Shown here in pieces: positions 44,090 to 52,133 of a DNA stretch of 64,000 nt. Source of the stretch: Candidatus Micrarchaeia archaeon (GTDB lineage: Archaea; Micrarchaeota; Micrarchaeia; Norongarragalinales; Norongarragalinaceae); assembly GCA_041648335.1 (NCBI GenBank), contig JBAZPG010000003.1:10605-74604 (forward strand), given 5' to 3'. Each line of letters begins with the position of its first letter. Within the stretch, counting starts at the first letter, position 1. The notes beneath the pieces are model-generated. The model was not told the DNA's origin, made no database searches, and saw nothing but the letters and a program-made list of their open reading frames with translations. The translations under genes were made by a program, and so were the position numbers.

Positions 44090-44869
44090 ATGGTCAAAGA
44101 GGACTTGGAAACCGTAATCGACCGCCTCTTGGATTACGTGCGCACCAACAAACTGTGCACCTTGAACCAGGCCGCGAAGGCGCTCGCGCTCGGCCCCTAC
44201 CAAGTCGAGAAACTCGCCCTCTTACTCGAGGAAAGCGAGCTCATGGAAGTCCAGTACACCCTGCTCGGCGTCAAGCTCGCGCCCCGCTTCCCCGAAAAGG
44301 AGGAAGAGAAGAAGAAGGCGGAGGTAAAGGCGAAGGCGAGCCTCATACTCCAGCAGACCCAGGCGCTCGAAAAGGAAGTCTCGACCTCCGAGCACCTCCT
44401 CGAGTTCATGGAACACGACATCACCCGCCGGCTGGACGTCGCGCGCTCGCTCTTGCAGCAGCTCGACCGCAAGAAGGATTACTCGCAGGCGGAACTGGCG
44501 TTCGTCAAGAAGGAAACCGAGGGCTTGTCCAAGCAGATGACCGCGTTCAGCGCGCGCCTCGCCGAACTGAAGGTGCGCGAGGAGTCGTTCGGCAAGGACG
44601 TTGATAAATTCGAGGCGCGCCTCAGCCGCGTCAAGACGAACGAAAAACGCGTGCTCACCGCGTTGGAGTCGCTGCTGTCCAAGCTCCCGAAACTCTCGCT
44701 TCCAAAATCAGGCAAACCCGCGCAGGCAAAGCCGGCGCACAACGCGGGCACGACCAAGCATGCTGCGCACCACAAGGCGGGCAAAATGAAGTTGCCCAAG
44801 CTCGACGGCGGCAAGGCGATCAAAAAGTTCTTCGCCGGCTTCGGCAAAAAGGGAGGCAAGCGCAAGTGA
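44090..44869 (+). CDS. Winged-helix + coiled-coil + Lys-rich-tail protein, pilus-locus accessory component of unknown function
   Basis: N-terminus VIDRLLDYVRTNKLCTLNQAAKALALGPYQVEKLALLLEESELMEV (wHTH-like). Long heptad-like central region. Tail KLPKLDGGKAIKKFFAGFGKKGGKRK. The stop overlaps the ATPase start (GTGA). Confidence 0.6.
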   Translation: MVKEDLETVIDRLLDYVRTNKLCTLNQAAKALALGPYQVEKLALLLEESELMEVQYTLLGVKLAPRFPEKEEEKKKAEVKAKASLILQQTQALEKEVSTSEHLLEFMEHDITRRLDVARSLLQQLDRKKDYSQAELAFVKKETEGLSKQMTAFSARLAELKVREESFGKDVDKFEARLSRVKTNEKRVLTALESLLSKLPKLSLPKSGKPAQAKPAHNAGTTKHAAHHKAGKMKLPKLDGGKAIKKFFAGFGKKGGKRK

Positions 44870-46365
44870 AGGTCCTCGAGAAATACACTGTGTCGAACGA
44901 GGGCGTGATCGCGGACGTCACGGTCGCCGAGCGCGAGGACGAATTCGTCAATTCTTACGAGTTGAGCCACACCAAGGTCAAAGAGGCGACGCGCATCGCG
45001 CTCAACTACCTCAAGGAGAAGATAATCGAGAGCATCCAGATCAAGGTCTCCGAGATGCTCGACCCGCGCGAGGCGGACAAGATACGCAAGCGCCTCGTCG
45101 AGCGCGCCCACGAGCTCATCCACAGCGAGCTCAGCGGTTTGAGCGAGGAAGAGGAAGGCGTGCTCGTGGGGCGCCTCATACAGGAGATGCTCGGGCTCGG
45201 CGAACTCGAGCTCGTGCTCGCGGACGAGAACCTCGAGGAAATCGTGGTAAACTCGGCGGACGAGCCGGTGTGGGTGTACCACAAGAAGCACGGCTGGCTC
45301 AAGACGAACGTGCGTATCCCCTCCGAAGAGCAGATTCACAATTACGCCTCGATAATCGGCAGGCGGGTCGGCAAGCAAATCACGAACCTGGACCCCCTCA
45401 TGGATGCCCATCTCTTGTCGGGTAACCGCGTGAACGCCACGCTCTTCCCCATCTCGACGAAGGGGAACAGCATCACGATACGCAAGTTCTCGAAGGACCC
45501 GTGGACCATCGTGAACATGATAGACAACAAGACGCTCAATTCCGAGGCGGCCGCGTTGTTCTGGCTGTGCGTACAGTACGAGATGAACGTGCTCGTGGCA
45601 GGCGGCACGGCATCCGGCAAAACATCGTTCTTGAACGCACTCCTCGCCTTCACCCCCCCGAACCAGCGCGTGATATCCATTGAGGACACGCGCGAGCTCG
45701 TGCTCCCGGATTTCCTGCACTGGACGCCGATGACCACGCGCCAGCCGAACCCCGAGGGCAAGGGCGAGATAACCATGCTCGACTTGATGGTGAACTCGCT
45801 GCGTATGCGCCCCGACCGCATCGTGCTCGGCGAAATCCGCCGTCAGCGCGAGGCCGAGGTGTTATTCGAGGCGATGCACACCGGGCACTCGGTTTACGCG
45901 ACGCTGCACGCGGACAACGCGCAGCGCGTGAAGAGCCGCCTGATAAGCCCGCCAATCGAGCTCCCCGAGAGCATGCTCGGCGCATTGCACTTGATAGTCG
46001 TCCAGTACCGCCAGCGCCGCACGGGAATCCGTCGCACCTTCGAAATCGCGGAAATGATGCCCACGAACGACGGCGTCTGCCTGAATCCGATTTACCGTTG
46101 GGACGCCCGCAAGGACAAGCTCGAGCAGACCGGCAAGTTCAAGCGCATCACCGAGGAGCTCGAGCTGCACGCGGGGTTCACCCACAAGGAGTTCCTCGCC
46201 GACTTACACGAGAAGGAGGCCGCGTTGAACTACCTGCGCGCGAGCAAGGTGGGGAACGTGAACGAGCTCGGCAGCGTCATAGGCACCTACTACCGCTCGC
46301 CCGAGAAAGTCATGGACGCGGTGAAGAAGAAGACGCCGTTGGCGAAACTGCTGGGTAGGACATGA
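44866..46365 (+). CDS. Type IV pilus/secretion ATPase (PilB/FlaI/TadA/VirB11 superfamily)
   Basis: Walker A LVAGGTASGKTSFLNALL, Walker B/Asp box RVISIEDTREL, and DRIVLGEIR...HTGHSVYATLHA (His box). 499 aa. Confidence 0.88.
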   Translation: MKVLEKYTVSNEGVIADVTVAEREDEFVNSYELSHTKVKEATRIALNYLKEKIIESIQIKVSEMLDPREADKIRKRLVERAHELIHSELSGLSEEEEGVLVGRLIQEMLGLGELELVLADENLEEIVVNSADEPVWVYHKKHGWLKTNVRIPSEEQIHNYASIIGRRVGKQITNLDPLMDAHLLSGNRVNATLFPISTKGNSITIRKFSKDPWTIVNMIDNKTLNSEAAALFWLCVQYEMNVLVAGGTASGKTSFLNALLAFTPPNQRVISIEDTRELVLPDFLHWTPMTTRQPNPEGKGEITMLDLMVNSLRMRPDRIVLGEIRRQREAEVLFEAMHTGHSVYATLHADNAQRVKSRLISPPIELPESMLGALHLIVVQYRQRRTGIRRTFEIAEMMPTNDGVCLNPIYRWDARKDKLEQTGKFKRITEELELHAGFTHKEFLADLHEKEAALNYLRASKVGNVNELGSVIGTYYRSPEKVMDAVKKKTPLAKLLGRT

Positions 46366-47228
46366 TAATACCGTTCAGCTTCGCGCCCCCAAAGCTCGTG
46401 ACAACCGCGGCGCGCAACTTCAAGAACGTGGGCGCTTTCCTCGCCTCCCTCAACCCGAACCTCAAGCAGGACTTGATACAGGCGGAGTACGGCGTGCACG
46501 CGCGCGACTACTGCGCCATCGCGTTCGTCGCCTCGGTCACGAACATGCTGGTAATCAGCCTGATGATACTCGTGATAGGGCTGGCGGCGCGCATTCCCCT
46601 CGTGGCCCCCGCGGTGTTCGGCGGGCTCATCGTCGCGTTCGCCTCGTTCTTCACGATAACCTACTATCCACGCATCATCTCCACCCGTCGGGGGCGCGAA
46701 CTCGATGAACAACTCATCCCCGCCCTCCGCCAGCTCCTCATCGAACTCAAGTCGGGCGTCCCACTGTTCAACGCCATGGCGAGCGTCTCGAACGACTACG
46801 GCGAGGTGTCCGAGGAGTTCAAGAAGATAGTCAAGAGGATAAACGGCGGAACGCGCGACCTCGACGCCCTCGCCGAGGCAACGACCGCGAATCCGTCCCT
46901 CCAGTTCCGAAAGGTGCTCTGGCAGATTTCAAATGCCCTGAAGGTGGGGTCGGACGTGGGGCGCGTGCTCGAATCCCTCGTGCGCGACTTGACGCTCGAA
47001 CGCATGGAACAGATAAAGCGCTACGGACAGGAGCTCTCGCCGTGGACCATGATTTACATGATGACCGCGGTAATCCTCCCGAGCCTGGGCATCACCATGC
47101 TCATGGTGATAATGTCGTTCCTGAACGTAGCGGTGCCGTCCATCGTCCTCCCGCTCGTCATAGTGTTCCTGGTTGGTTTCCAGTTGTTCTTCATGAACTT
47201 CGTGTCGACGAGGAGGCCGAAAGTCTGA
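46362..47228 (+). CDS. T2SS-F domain membrane platform protein 1 (TadB/TadC/FlaJ-like)
   Basis: TM helices flank a cytoplasmic T2SSF-like domain (LIPALRQLLIELKSGVPLFNAMASVSNDYGEVSEEFKKIVKRINGG...). ATGA overlap with the ATPase gene. Confidence 0.8.
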   Translation: MIIPFSFAPPKLVTTAARNFKNVGAFLASLNPNLKQDLIQAEYGVHARDYCAIAFVASVTNMLVISLMILVIGLAARIPLVAPAVFGGLIVAFASFFTITYYPRIISTRRGRELDEQLIPALRQLLIELKSGVPLFNAMASVSNDYGEVSEEFKKIVKRINGGTRDLDALAEATTANPSLQFRKVLWQISNALKVGSDVGRVLESLVRDLTLERMEQIKRYGQELSPWTMIYMMTAVILPSLGITMLMVIMSFLNVAVPSIVLPLVIVFLVGFQLFFMNFVSTRRPKV

Positions 47229-47229
47229 A

Positions 47230-48264
47230 ATGTTCGAACGCGCCTACCAACAGATTTCGTCGCTATTCCCGCGGGGCTTCGTGAACCACGTGGACAAGCT
47301 AATGTCCCAAGGCGGCTTCGAGGAAGTCCAACCCCGCCTGTTCATCGGCTTCTCCGTGTTCTTCTCGGCGTGCATCGCGGTAATCGCGTTCTTCTTCACG
47401 CCCTTCCTCACCGACAACCCGATATTCCATTACGCCGCCGCACCCGCGGCTTTCGCCTTGACGCTCAGCCTACTCTACATGTACCTGCTCTCGACCGCGG
47501 ACACGCGCGCCCGCCGCATCGAGGAAGTCCTTCCAGACATGCTCCAGATAATCTCGGCGAACATGCGCGCGGGGATGACAATGGAGAACGCCATCTGGAG
47601 CGCGGCGCGCCCCGAGTTCGGGCCACTACGCGACGAGATAAAGCGCGTGAGCGCGGACACCTTCGGAGGCACGCCCATACAGGACACCCTCCTCGAGATG
47701 ACTACCCGGGTGCGCTCGATCATACTCGAGCGCGCGGTCCGCCTCATAGTCGAGGGCATAAAACTCGGCGGCGAGATGAGCCAGCTCCTCGAGGAAGTCG
47801 CCGAGGACATAAAGAGCAACTACCAGTTGCAGAACCAGATCGCCACATCCACGCTGATGTACGTGATATTCATCGTGTTCGCCTCCGCGCTCGCGGCGCC
47901 GCTGCTGTTCGCGGTGAGCGTGTTCTACTCCGAGATGAACGAACAGATACTCGCAAAGCAAACCGAAAGCGGCGGCAACGGGATGGATATGGAGAGCATG
48001 GCGATGCAGTCGGGAATGGGCGGCTTGCCGGGAATGGGTTCGGGCACCGCGAAGTCGTCCATCAGTTCGCAGGACTTCTGGTGGTTCGCCATAGCCGCGC
48101 TCACGGTGACCAACTTCCTGGGCGCACTCATTTTGTCCACCGTACGCAACGGGCACGCCTTCCGCGGATTGCGTTACGCCCCGTTGATGGCGCTCGGGGC
48201 AATAGCCGTTTTCGTGCTTGCCAACGCAGCCATACGCACGGCTTTCGGCTCCATGCTATTCTAA
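47230..48264 (+). CDS. T2SS-F domain membrane platform protein 2 (TadC/FlaJ-like)
   Basis: VLPDMLQIISANMRAGMTMENAIWSAARPEFGPLRDEIKRVSADTFGGTPIQDTL plus flanking TM helices. It starts 1 nt after the previous stop. Confidence 0.8.
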   Translation: MFERAYQQISSLFPRGFVNHVDKLMSQGGFEEVQPRLFIGFSVFFSACIAVIAFFFTPFLTDNPIFHYAAAPAAFALTLSLLYMYLLSTADTRARRIEEVLPDMLQIISANMRAGMTMENAIWSAARPEFGPLRDEIKRVSADTFGGTPIQDTLLEMTTRVRSIILERAVRLIVEGIKLGGEMSQLLEEVAEDIKSNYQLQNQIATSTLMYVIFIVFASALAAPLLFAVSVFYSEMNEQILAKQTESGGNGMDMESMAMQSGMGGLPGMGSGTAKSSISSQDFWWFAIAALTVTNFLGALILSTVRNGHAFRGLRYAPLMALGAIAVFVLANAAIRTAFGSMLF

Positions 48265-48267
48265 ACC

Positions 48268-48277
48268 TTTAAAAATA
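48268..48277 (+). promoter_or_regulatory. TATA box dedicated to the candidate major pilin gene
   Basis: TTTAAAAATA sits immediately after the platform gene stop. A GGTGAT Shine-Dalgarno-like motif at 48327-48332 lies 9 nt before the ATG at 48342. Confidence 0.5.
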
Positions 48278-48341
48278 GGTGACGGGTAATGGAGAACGGG
48301 CGTTGGTTTTCGTAATAACCCGCAAAGGTGATGGAATAAAT

Positions 48342-48746
48342 ATGAAGAAAGGTCAAAGCGCGTTAGAGTACCTGGTCACTTACGGCTGGGCGATATTGGC
48401 TATCGTAATCATAGCCGCGGTATTATGGTACTTCGGCGTGTTCAACCCGTCCAAGTGGACGGAGAGCAAGCAGTGCGGCGGGCTCGCCTCGTTCTCGTGC
48501 GTGGACTACGTGGTCAACGCGACGAACGGCGTGACGCTCTCGCTCGGCAACAAGGTCGGGCGCTCCGTGATCGTTTACTGCACTGGAAACACACCAGTAA
48601 ACACCACGCTCGGCTTGACAACACCCGTTTCGTGCACGGTGCAGGGCACCGCGTCTGGCTCGAACCAGCTGAACTTCGACGTCGTCTACTACGACGCCGC
48701 ATCCGGCCTCGAGCACACGGACACGGGTTTCGTGAGCGCGGGTTAG
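48342..48746 (+). CDS. Type IV pilin-like protein, candidate major pilin (134 aa)
   Basis: MKKG/QSALEYLVTYGWAILAIVIIAAVLWYF (class III signal, Q at +1, E at +5). The small beta-rich body carries N-x-S/T sequons (NATN, NTTL). It has its own promoter and terminator. Confidence 0.8.
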   Translation: MKKGQSALEYLVTYGWAILAIVIIAAVLWYFGVFNPSKWTESKQCGGLASFSCVDYVVNATNGVTLSLGNKVGRSVIVYCTGNTPVNTTLGLTTPVSCTVQGTASGSNQLNFDVVYYDAASGLEHTDTGFVSAG

Positions 48747-48757
48747 ATTCGCAAAGC

Positions 48758-48800
48758 GGGGGCGCAAGCCCCCAACCCTTATTTTTTCTTTCCTTCTTTT
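48758..48800 (+). terminator. GC hairpin plus T-tract downstream of the pilin gene
   Basis: GGGGGC-GCAA-GCCCCC (48758-48773) is followed by CTTATTTTTTCTTTCCTTCTTTTCT. Confidence 0.6.
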
Positions 48801-48838
48801 CTCAAAGTTTATTAAACCCGCGAGCGTAGCAACCCTTC

Positions 48839-49342
48839 ATGACTGACAAGGTCTTGATTGTCTACGCCTCGAAGCGCGGGAACACCCGCCGCATCGCCCA
48901 GGCTATAGCCGAGGGCGTGGAACGCACGGGCTTGAAGCCCGCGCTCGTCGAGGCGACCGGGGAGCTGAACGCGGATGCCTTCGACCTAGTTTTCATCGGC
49001 TCCGGCGTCTACGGCGGCAAATTCGACGAACACGTCCAGCGCTTCCTGGACGAGAACAAGTGGGCGGACAAGCGCGTCGCGGTCTTCGCGTGCTACTCCT
49101 CGAGCAAAGCCGCCTTGGATTCGGTAGTCACCGAACTTTCGCACCGGAAGGCTCGCGTGTTGAACTCCCTGAACATCCGTTGCGCGAGCCTCTGGAACCT
49201 CGTCGGACTCGGGCGGAAGCTGTCGGAAGAGGATTTGATACGGGCGCGCGGCTTCGGCGAGCGCACCGCGAACAACGCGTTCGGCTACCGCATCGGGAAG
49301 AGCAAGGACAAGGCGCACATCAAGGGCTACTTCAAGTCTTAG
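48839..49342 (+). CDS. Flavodoxin-like fold protein
   Basis: KVLIVYASKRGNTRRIAQAIAEG ... LVFIGSGVYGGKF, a flavodoxin-type nucleotide-binding N-terminus. Confidence 0.65.
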   Translation: MTDKVLIVYASKRGNTRRIAQAIAEGVERTGLKPALVEATGELNADAFDLVFIGSGVYGGKFDEHVQRFLDENKWADKRVAVFACYSSSKAALDSVVTELSHRKARVLNSLNIRCASLWNLVGLGRKLSEEDLIRARGFGERTANNAFGYRIGKSKDKAHIKGYFKS

Positions 49343-49670
49343 GCGCCTGCGGCAGCTTCACGTAATAGACATCCTTGTCGGATTTTATGACGAGCGGCTC
49401 GCGCTTCATGAGCGACGCCAGGTTCAACTCGTACGAGCCGGGCTCGAGTATGCGGAGATTCTCAACCGCGTCCACGTCGATGATGACGGGCTTCTCACGG
49501 CTTAATTCGGCGAGCTCCTTTTCGAGCCAGTCCAGCTTCTTCTCCTCGGTGCCGGGCGCGGGCGCCTGCTTTAGGTAGACGAAAACGCGGGAGCCGCACT
49601 CGCACCCCTTGAGCAACGCAGGAGAGCCGCGCTCGTAGAATTTGCTGCAACGCACGCACTTGTGGGGCAT
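49332..49670 (-). CDS. Zn-ribbon protein (first member of the conserved archaeal Zn-ribbon/DUF2073/GTPase trio)
   Basis: MPHKCVRCSKFY...CECGSRVF gives CxxC...CxC. It lies upstream of the DUF2073-like and GTPase genes on the same strand. Confidence 0.6.
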   Translation of the reverse strand: MPHKCVRCSKFYERGSPALLKGCECGSRVFVYLKQAPAPGTEEKKLDWLEKELAELSREKPVIIDVDAVENLRILEPGSYELNLASLMKREPLVIKSDKDVYYVKLPQAPKT

Positions 49671-49727
49671 AACACACGAGGGATGCGCGCGCAAGTATTT
49701 TAATCTGCGTGGCGCAAGCGGGCGCGC

Positions 49728-50081
49728 TTACTTGCTGGCGACGAACCCGATGCGTTCGGGGTCGCGCTTGATTTCGCGCACGAGCTTCTCGGGTCCGATT
49801 ATGGTTAACCCGTGGGATTTGCCGCCGAGGAAACGGATTATTCCCGCGCGGAACGCGTCCACGTCGCCGCCGAGGCTGGCTATCTCGATGCCCGTGAACC
49901 CGCCCTTCCCGATTTCCTTCATCACGCGCGTGAACAACTCGCGTTCCTCCTCGCGTGTCAAGCCCTCCTCGAGGACGATTATCTTGTTCTTGCGCACGCT
50001 CTTGAGTATCAAGGCGAGTTTCTCCTCGGGCTGGAGGCGTTGGACGGCTTTCGACGACAAAAACTCCAATTCAACCTTCAT
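49728..50081 (-). CDS. DUF2073-like small protein
   Basis: 117 aa; MKVELEFLSSKAVQRLQPEEKLALILKSVRKNKIIVLEEGLTREEE. Its position between the GTPase and the Zn-ribbon gene matches the known archaeal trio. Confidence 0.55.
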   Translation of the reverse strand: MKVELEFLSSKAVQRLQPEEKLALILKSVRKNKIIVLEEGLTREEERELFTRVMKEIGKGGFTGIEIASLGGDVDAFRAGIIRFLGGKSHGLTIIGPEKLVREIKRDPERIGFVASK

Positions 50082-50086
50082 TCAAG

Positions 50087-50713
50087 TCACCGGGAGGCGT
50101 GCGCGGCTATCGCCTCGTAGAGCGCGTTCATGTTGTCTCCCTTCAACGCGGAAATCGAGATTACCTCGTGCTGGGGGAACGCCTCCTTGATGCGTTCGGG
50201 GCGCGCCTCCTTGCGGTCTATCTTGTTAGCGACGAGCACCACGGGAATCTTGCGGGCCTCGAGGTTCCCGAGAATCGTGATGTTCACCTGCGTGTAAGGG
50301 TCGTCACAGGCATCCATCACCACGAGCGCGGCATCCACGTGCTCGAGCCACTTGATGGCCTCGATGATTCCCTTCGTCGCCTCCTTGGCGCGTTGTTGTG
50401 CCTTCTTGGCGCCGATACCGTACTTCATGAACTCGCGGTAGTCCACCCTCGTCGTGATGCCCGGCATGTCGAGTAAATTGATTGTAACTTTCCGTCCGCC
50501 CACGTGGATGACCACGCGTTCCTTCTTCTTGACTTCGCGCGTCTCGTGCGGCACCTCGCTCACCTCGCTGAGGGGCTCGCCCGTCCAGTCCACGCAGATG
50601 CGATTCGCGAGCGTGCTCTTCCCGGTGTTCACGTTCCCGTAAATCCCGAGGCTCATCGTCTTCCGGTTGCCGAAGAAGCCCTTCAGCCAACTAAAGAACC
50701 GTGTAAAAGGCAT
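50087..50713 (-). CDS. Small GTP-binding protein (Era/Arf-like P-loop GTPase)
   Basis: G1 GNVNTGKST, G3 DMPG, G4 NKID, G5 SAL. Confidence 0.8.
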   Translation of the reverse strand: MPFTRFFSWLKGFFGNRKTMSLGIYGNVNTGKSTLANRICVDWTGEPLSEVSEVPHETREVKKKERVVIHVGGRKVTINLLDMPGITTRVDYREFMKYGIGAKKAQQRAKEATKGIIEAIKWLEHVDAALVVMDACDDPYTQVNITILGNLEARKIPVVLVANKIDRKEARPERIKEAFPQHEVISISALKGDNMNALYEAIAAHASR

Positions 50714-50746
50714 GGAGTGGTTTCGCACGATGCATTAATTAACTTT

Positions 50747-51754
50747 TCACCAAACACCCGGCACGCGTGCGCCGCAATCCGGGCACGCCCCGTCCTCGAG
50801 GCGGTTTTCTTTTACGGAGAAGCCGGAGCGCGCCACGAGCAACGCGCCGCATCGCGGACACATCGTATCGCTTCCCCCCGGGGCGTTCCCGAAGTAAACG
50901 AAACGCAAGCCCGCCTCGCGCGCGATTTCCCTCGCCTCCTCAAGCTTCTCGAGTGGCGTTGCTGCTCCGCGCGCCTCGTGCATCGGGTAGAAACGCGAGA
51001 AATGCAGTGGAATGTCCGGGTCGAGCGCAGCCACCCACCCGCACAGCGCGCGGAGCTCTTCACGCGAGTCGTTCCCGCCCGGCACGAGGAGCGTAATCAG
51101 TTCGAGGTGCGTCTTGCTTGCGTGCACGCGCTTGATTGACTCGAGCACGGGTTCGAGGCGCGCCCCGCAATACGCCCCGTAGAATGCATCCGAGAACGAC
51201 TTCAAGTCGATGCGTATCGCGTCCAAAAGTTTCTCTCGTTGAATCAGGTGCCACGCCTCTTCCGAAAAATATCCATTCGAAACGAAAACATGGTATTTTT
51301 CGGGGTGAATTTTCTTGGTTTCGAGTATGGTGTCTCGGCAGTACTCGAAGAACACTGTAGGCTCGGTGTAAGTGTAGGCGATGCCGTCCGCCCGCTCGGA
51401 GGCGCGCGCGATTTCTCCAGGCGACACCAAGGGAAAATCGAACGCCTCGCGCGACTCGCGGGGCGACTGGCTGATTTCCCAGTTCAAGCATCCCTTGCAA
51501 CGGAAATTGCAGCCGGGTGCCCCGAATGAGAGCGCGGTTGAACCGGGTTTGAAGTGGTAGAACGGCTTTTTTTCTATCGGGTCCAACGCGAGCCCCGTGC
51601 ACTTCCCGTAGTTCAGCGAGTAAAGCGTCCCTCCGTCGTTCAAGCGGCAGCAGCAGAAGCCCGTCTTGGATTTTGGAATAACACAACGGTGGCTGCACAG
51701 TTTGCAGGCGACCGCCCCGCCCTCGAGCTTTTCGTACAGCAATGCCTCGCGCAT
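50747..51754 (-). CDS. AmmeMemoRadiSam system radical SAM enzyme
   Basis: CNFRCKGCLNW (CxxxCxxC) in a ~335-aa protein, with an N-terminal CKLCSHRC cluster and a C-terminal CPRCG...CPDCG. This architecture is typical of the PflA-like partner of AMMECR1/Memo. The internal ATG (MREALLYE) is preferred. Confidence 0.75.
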   Translation of the reverse strand: MREALLYEKLEGGAVACKLCSHRCVIPKSKTGFCCCRLNDGGTLYSLNYGKCTGLALDPIEKKPFYHFKPGSTALSFGAPGCNFRCKGCLNWEISQSPRESREAFDFPLVSPGEIARASERADGIAYTYTEPTVFFEYCRDTILETKKIHPEKYHVFVSNGYFSEEAWHLIQREKLLDAIRIDLKSFSDAFYGAYCGARLEPVLESIKRVHASKTHLELITLLVPGGNDSREELRALCGWVAALDPDIPLHFSRFYPMHEARGAATPLEKLEEAREIAREAGLRFVYFGNAPGGSDTMCPRCGALLVARSGFSVKENRLEDGACPDCGARVPGVW

Positions 51755-51803
51755 AAACCGTTTTGGGCATAAGCGTTTTAAAGAGCGCGCGCGTGAAGCG
51801 TTC

Positions 51804-52133
51804 ATGGACATCGCGTGCCCGCAATGCGGAAACCCGAACCTACAGGTGGACGAGGCGAACAGCGTGGTCTACTGCCAGAAGTGCGGCTTCGCGGTCAAAG
51901 TGGACCCGCAGTCCGGGCAGGTCACGCCCCTCTCGCAGGGCGCACCGGCCGGCGGAAAAATGTCGCCGCCCCCGGCTTACCGCGCGAAAACCGTTTTGGG
52001 TATGGACGGGCTCACGTTCTTCATGCTGGGCACCGCGCTCACGCTCCTGTTCACGTTCACCGCCGGGCTCGAGATGACTTACCTCGCGCTCATCGAAACC
52101 GCGCTCTTCCTCGTGTACTGGCTCAACCGTTGA
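51804..52133 (+). CDS. Zn-ribbon membrane protein, hypothetical
   Basis: MDIACPQCG...YCQKCG, then two hydrophobic helices (LTFFMLGTALTLLFTF, ALIETALFLVYWL). Confidence 0.5.
   Translation: MDIACPQCGNPNLQVDEANSVVYCQKCGFAVKVDPQSGQVTPLSQGAPAGGKMSPPPAYRAKTVLGMDGLTFFMLGTALTLLFTFTAGLEMTYLALIETALFLVYWLNR

Noticed and set aside
37625-48746. Interpretation of the pilin/ATPase/platform locus as an archaellum (fla/arl) operon
   Set aside because: No FlaH (KaiC-like), FlaF/FlaG, FlaC/D/E or FlaX-like genes are present. The platform is split into two T2SS-F genes. The pilin N-termini follow the Q+1 DUF361 pilin pattern rather than the archaellin pattern.
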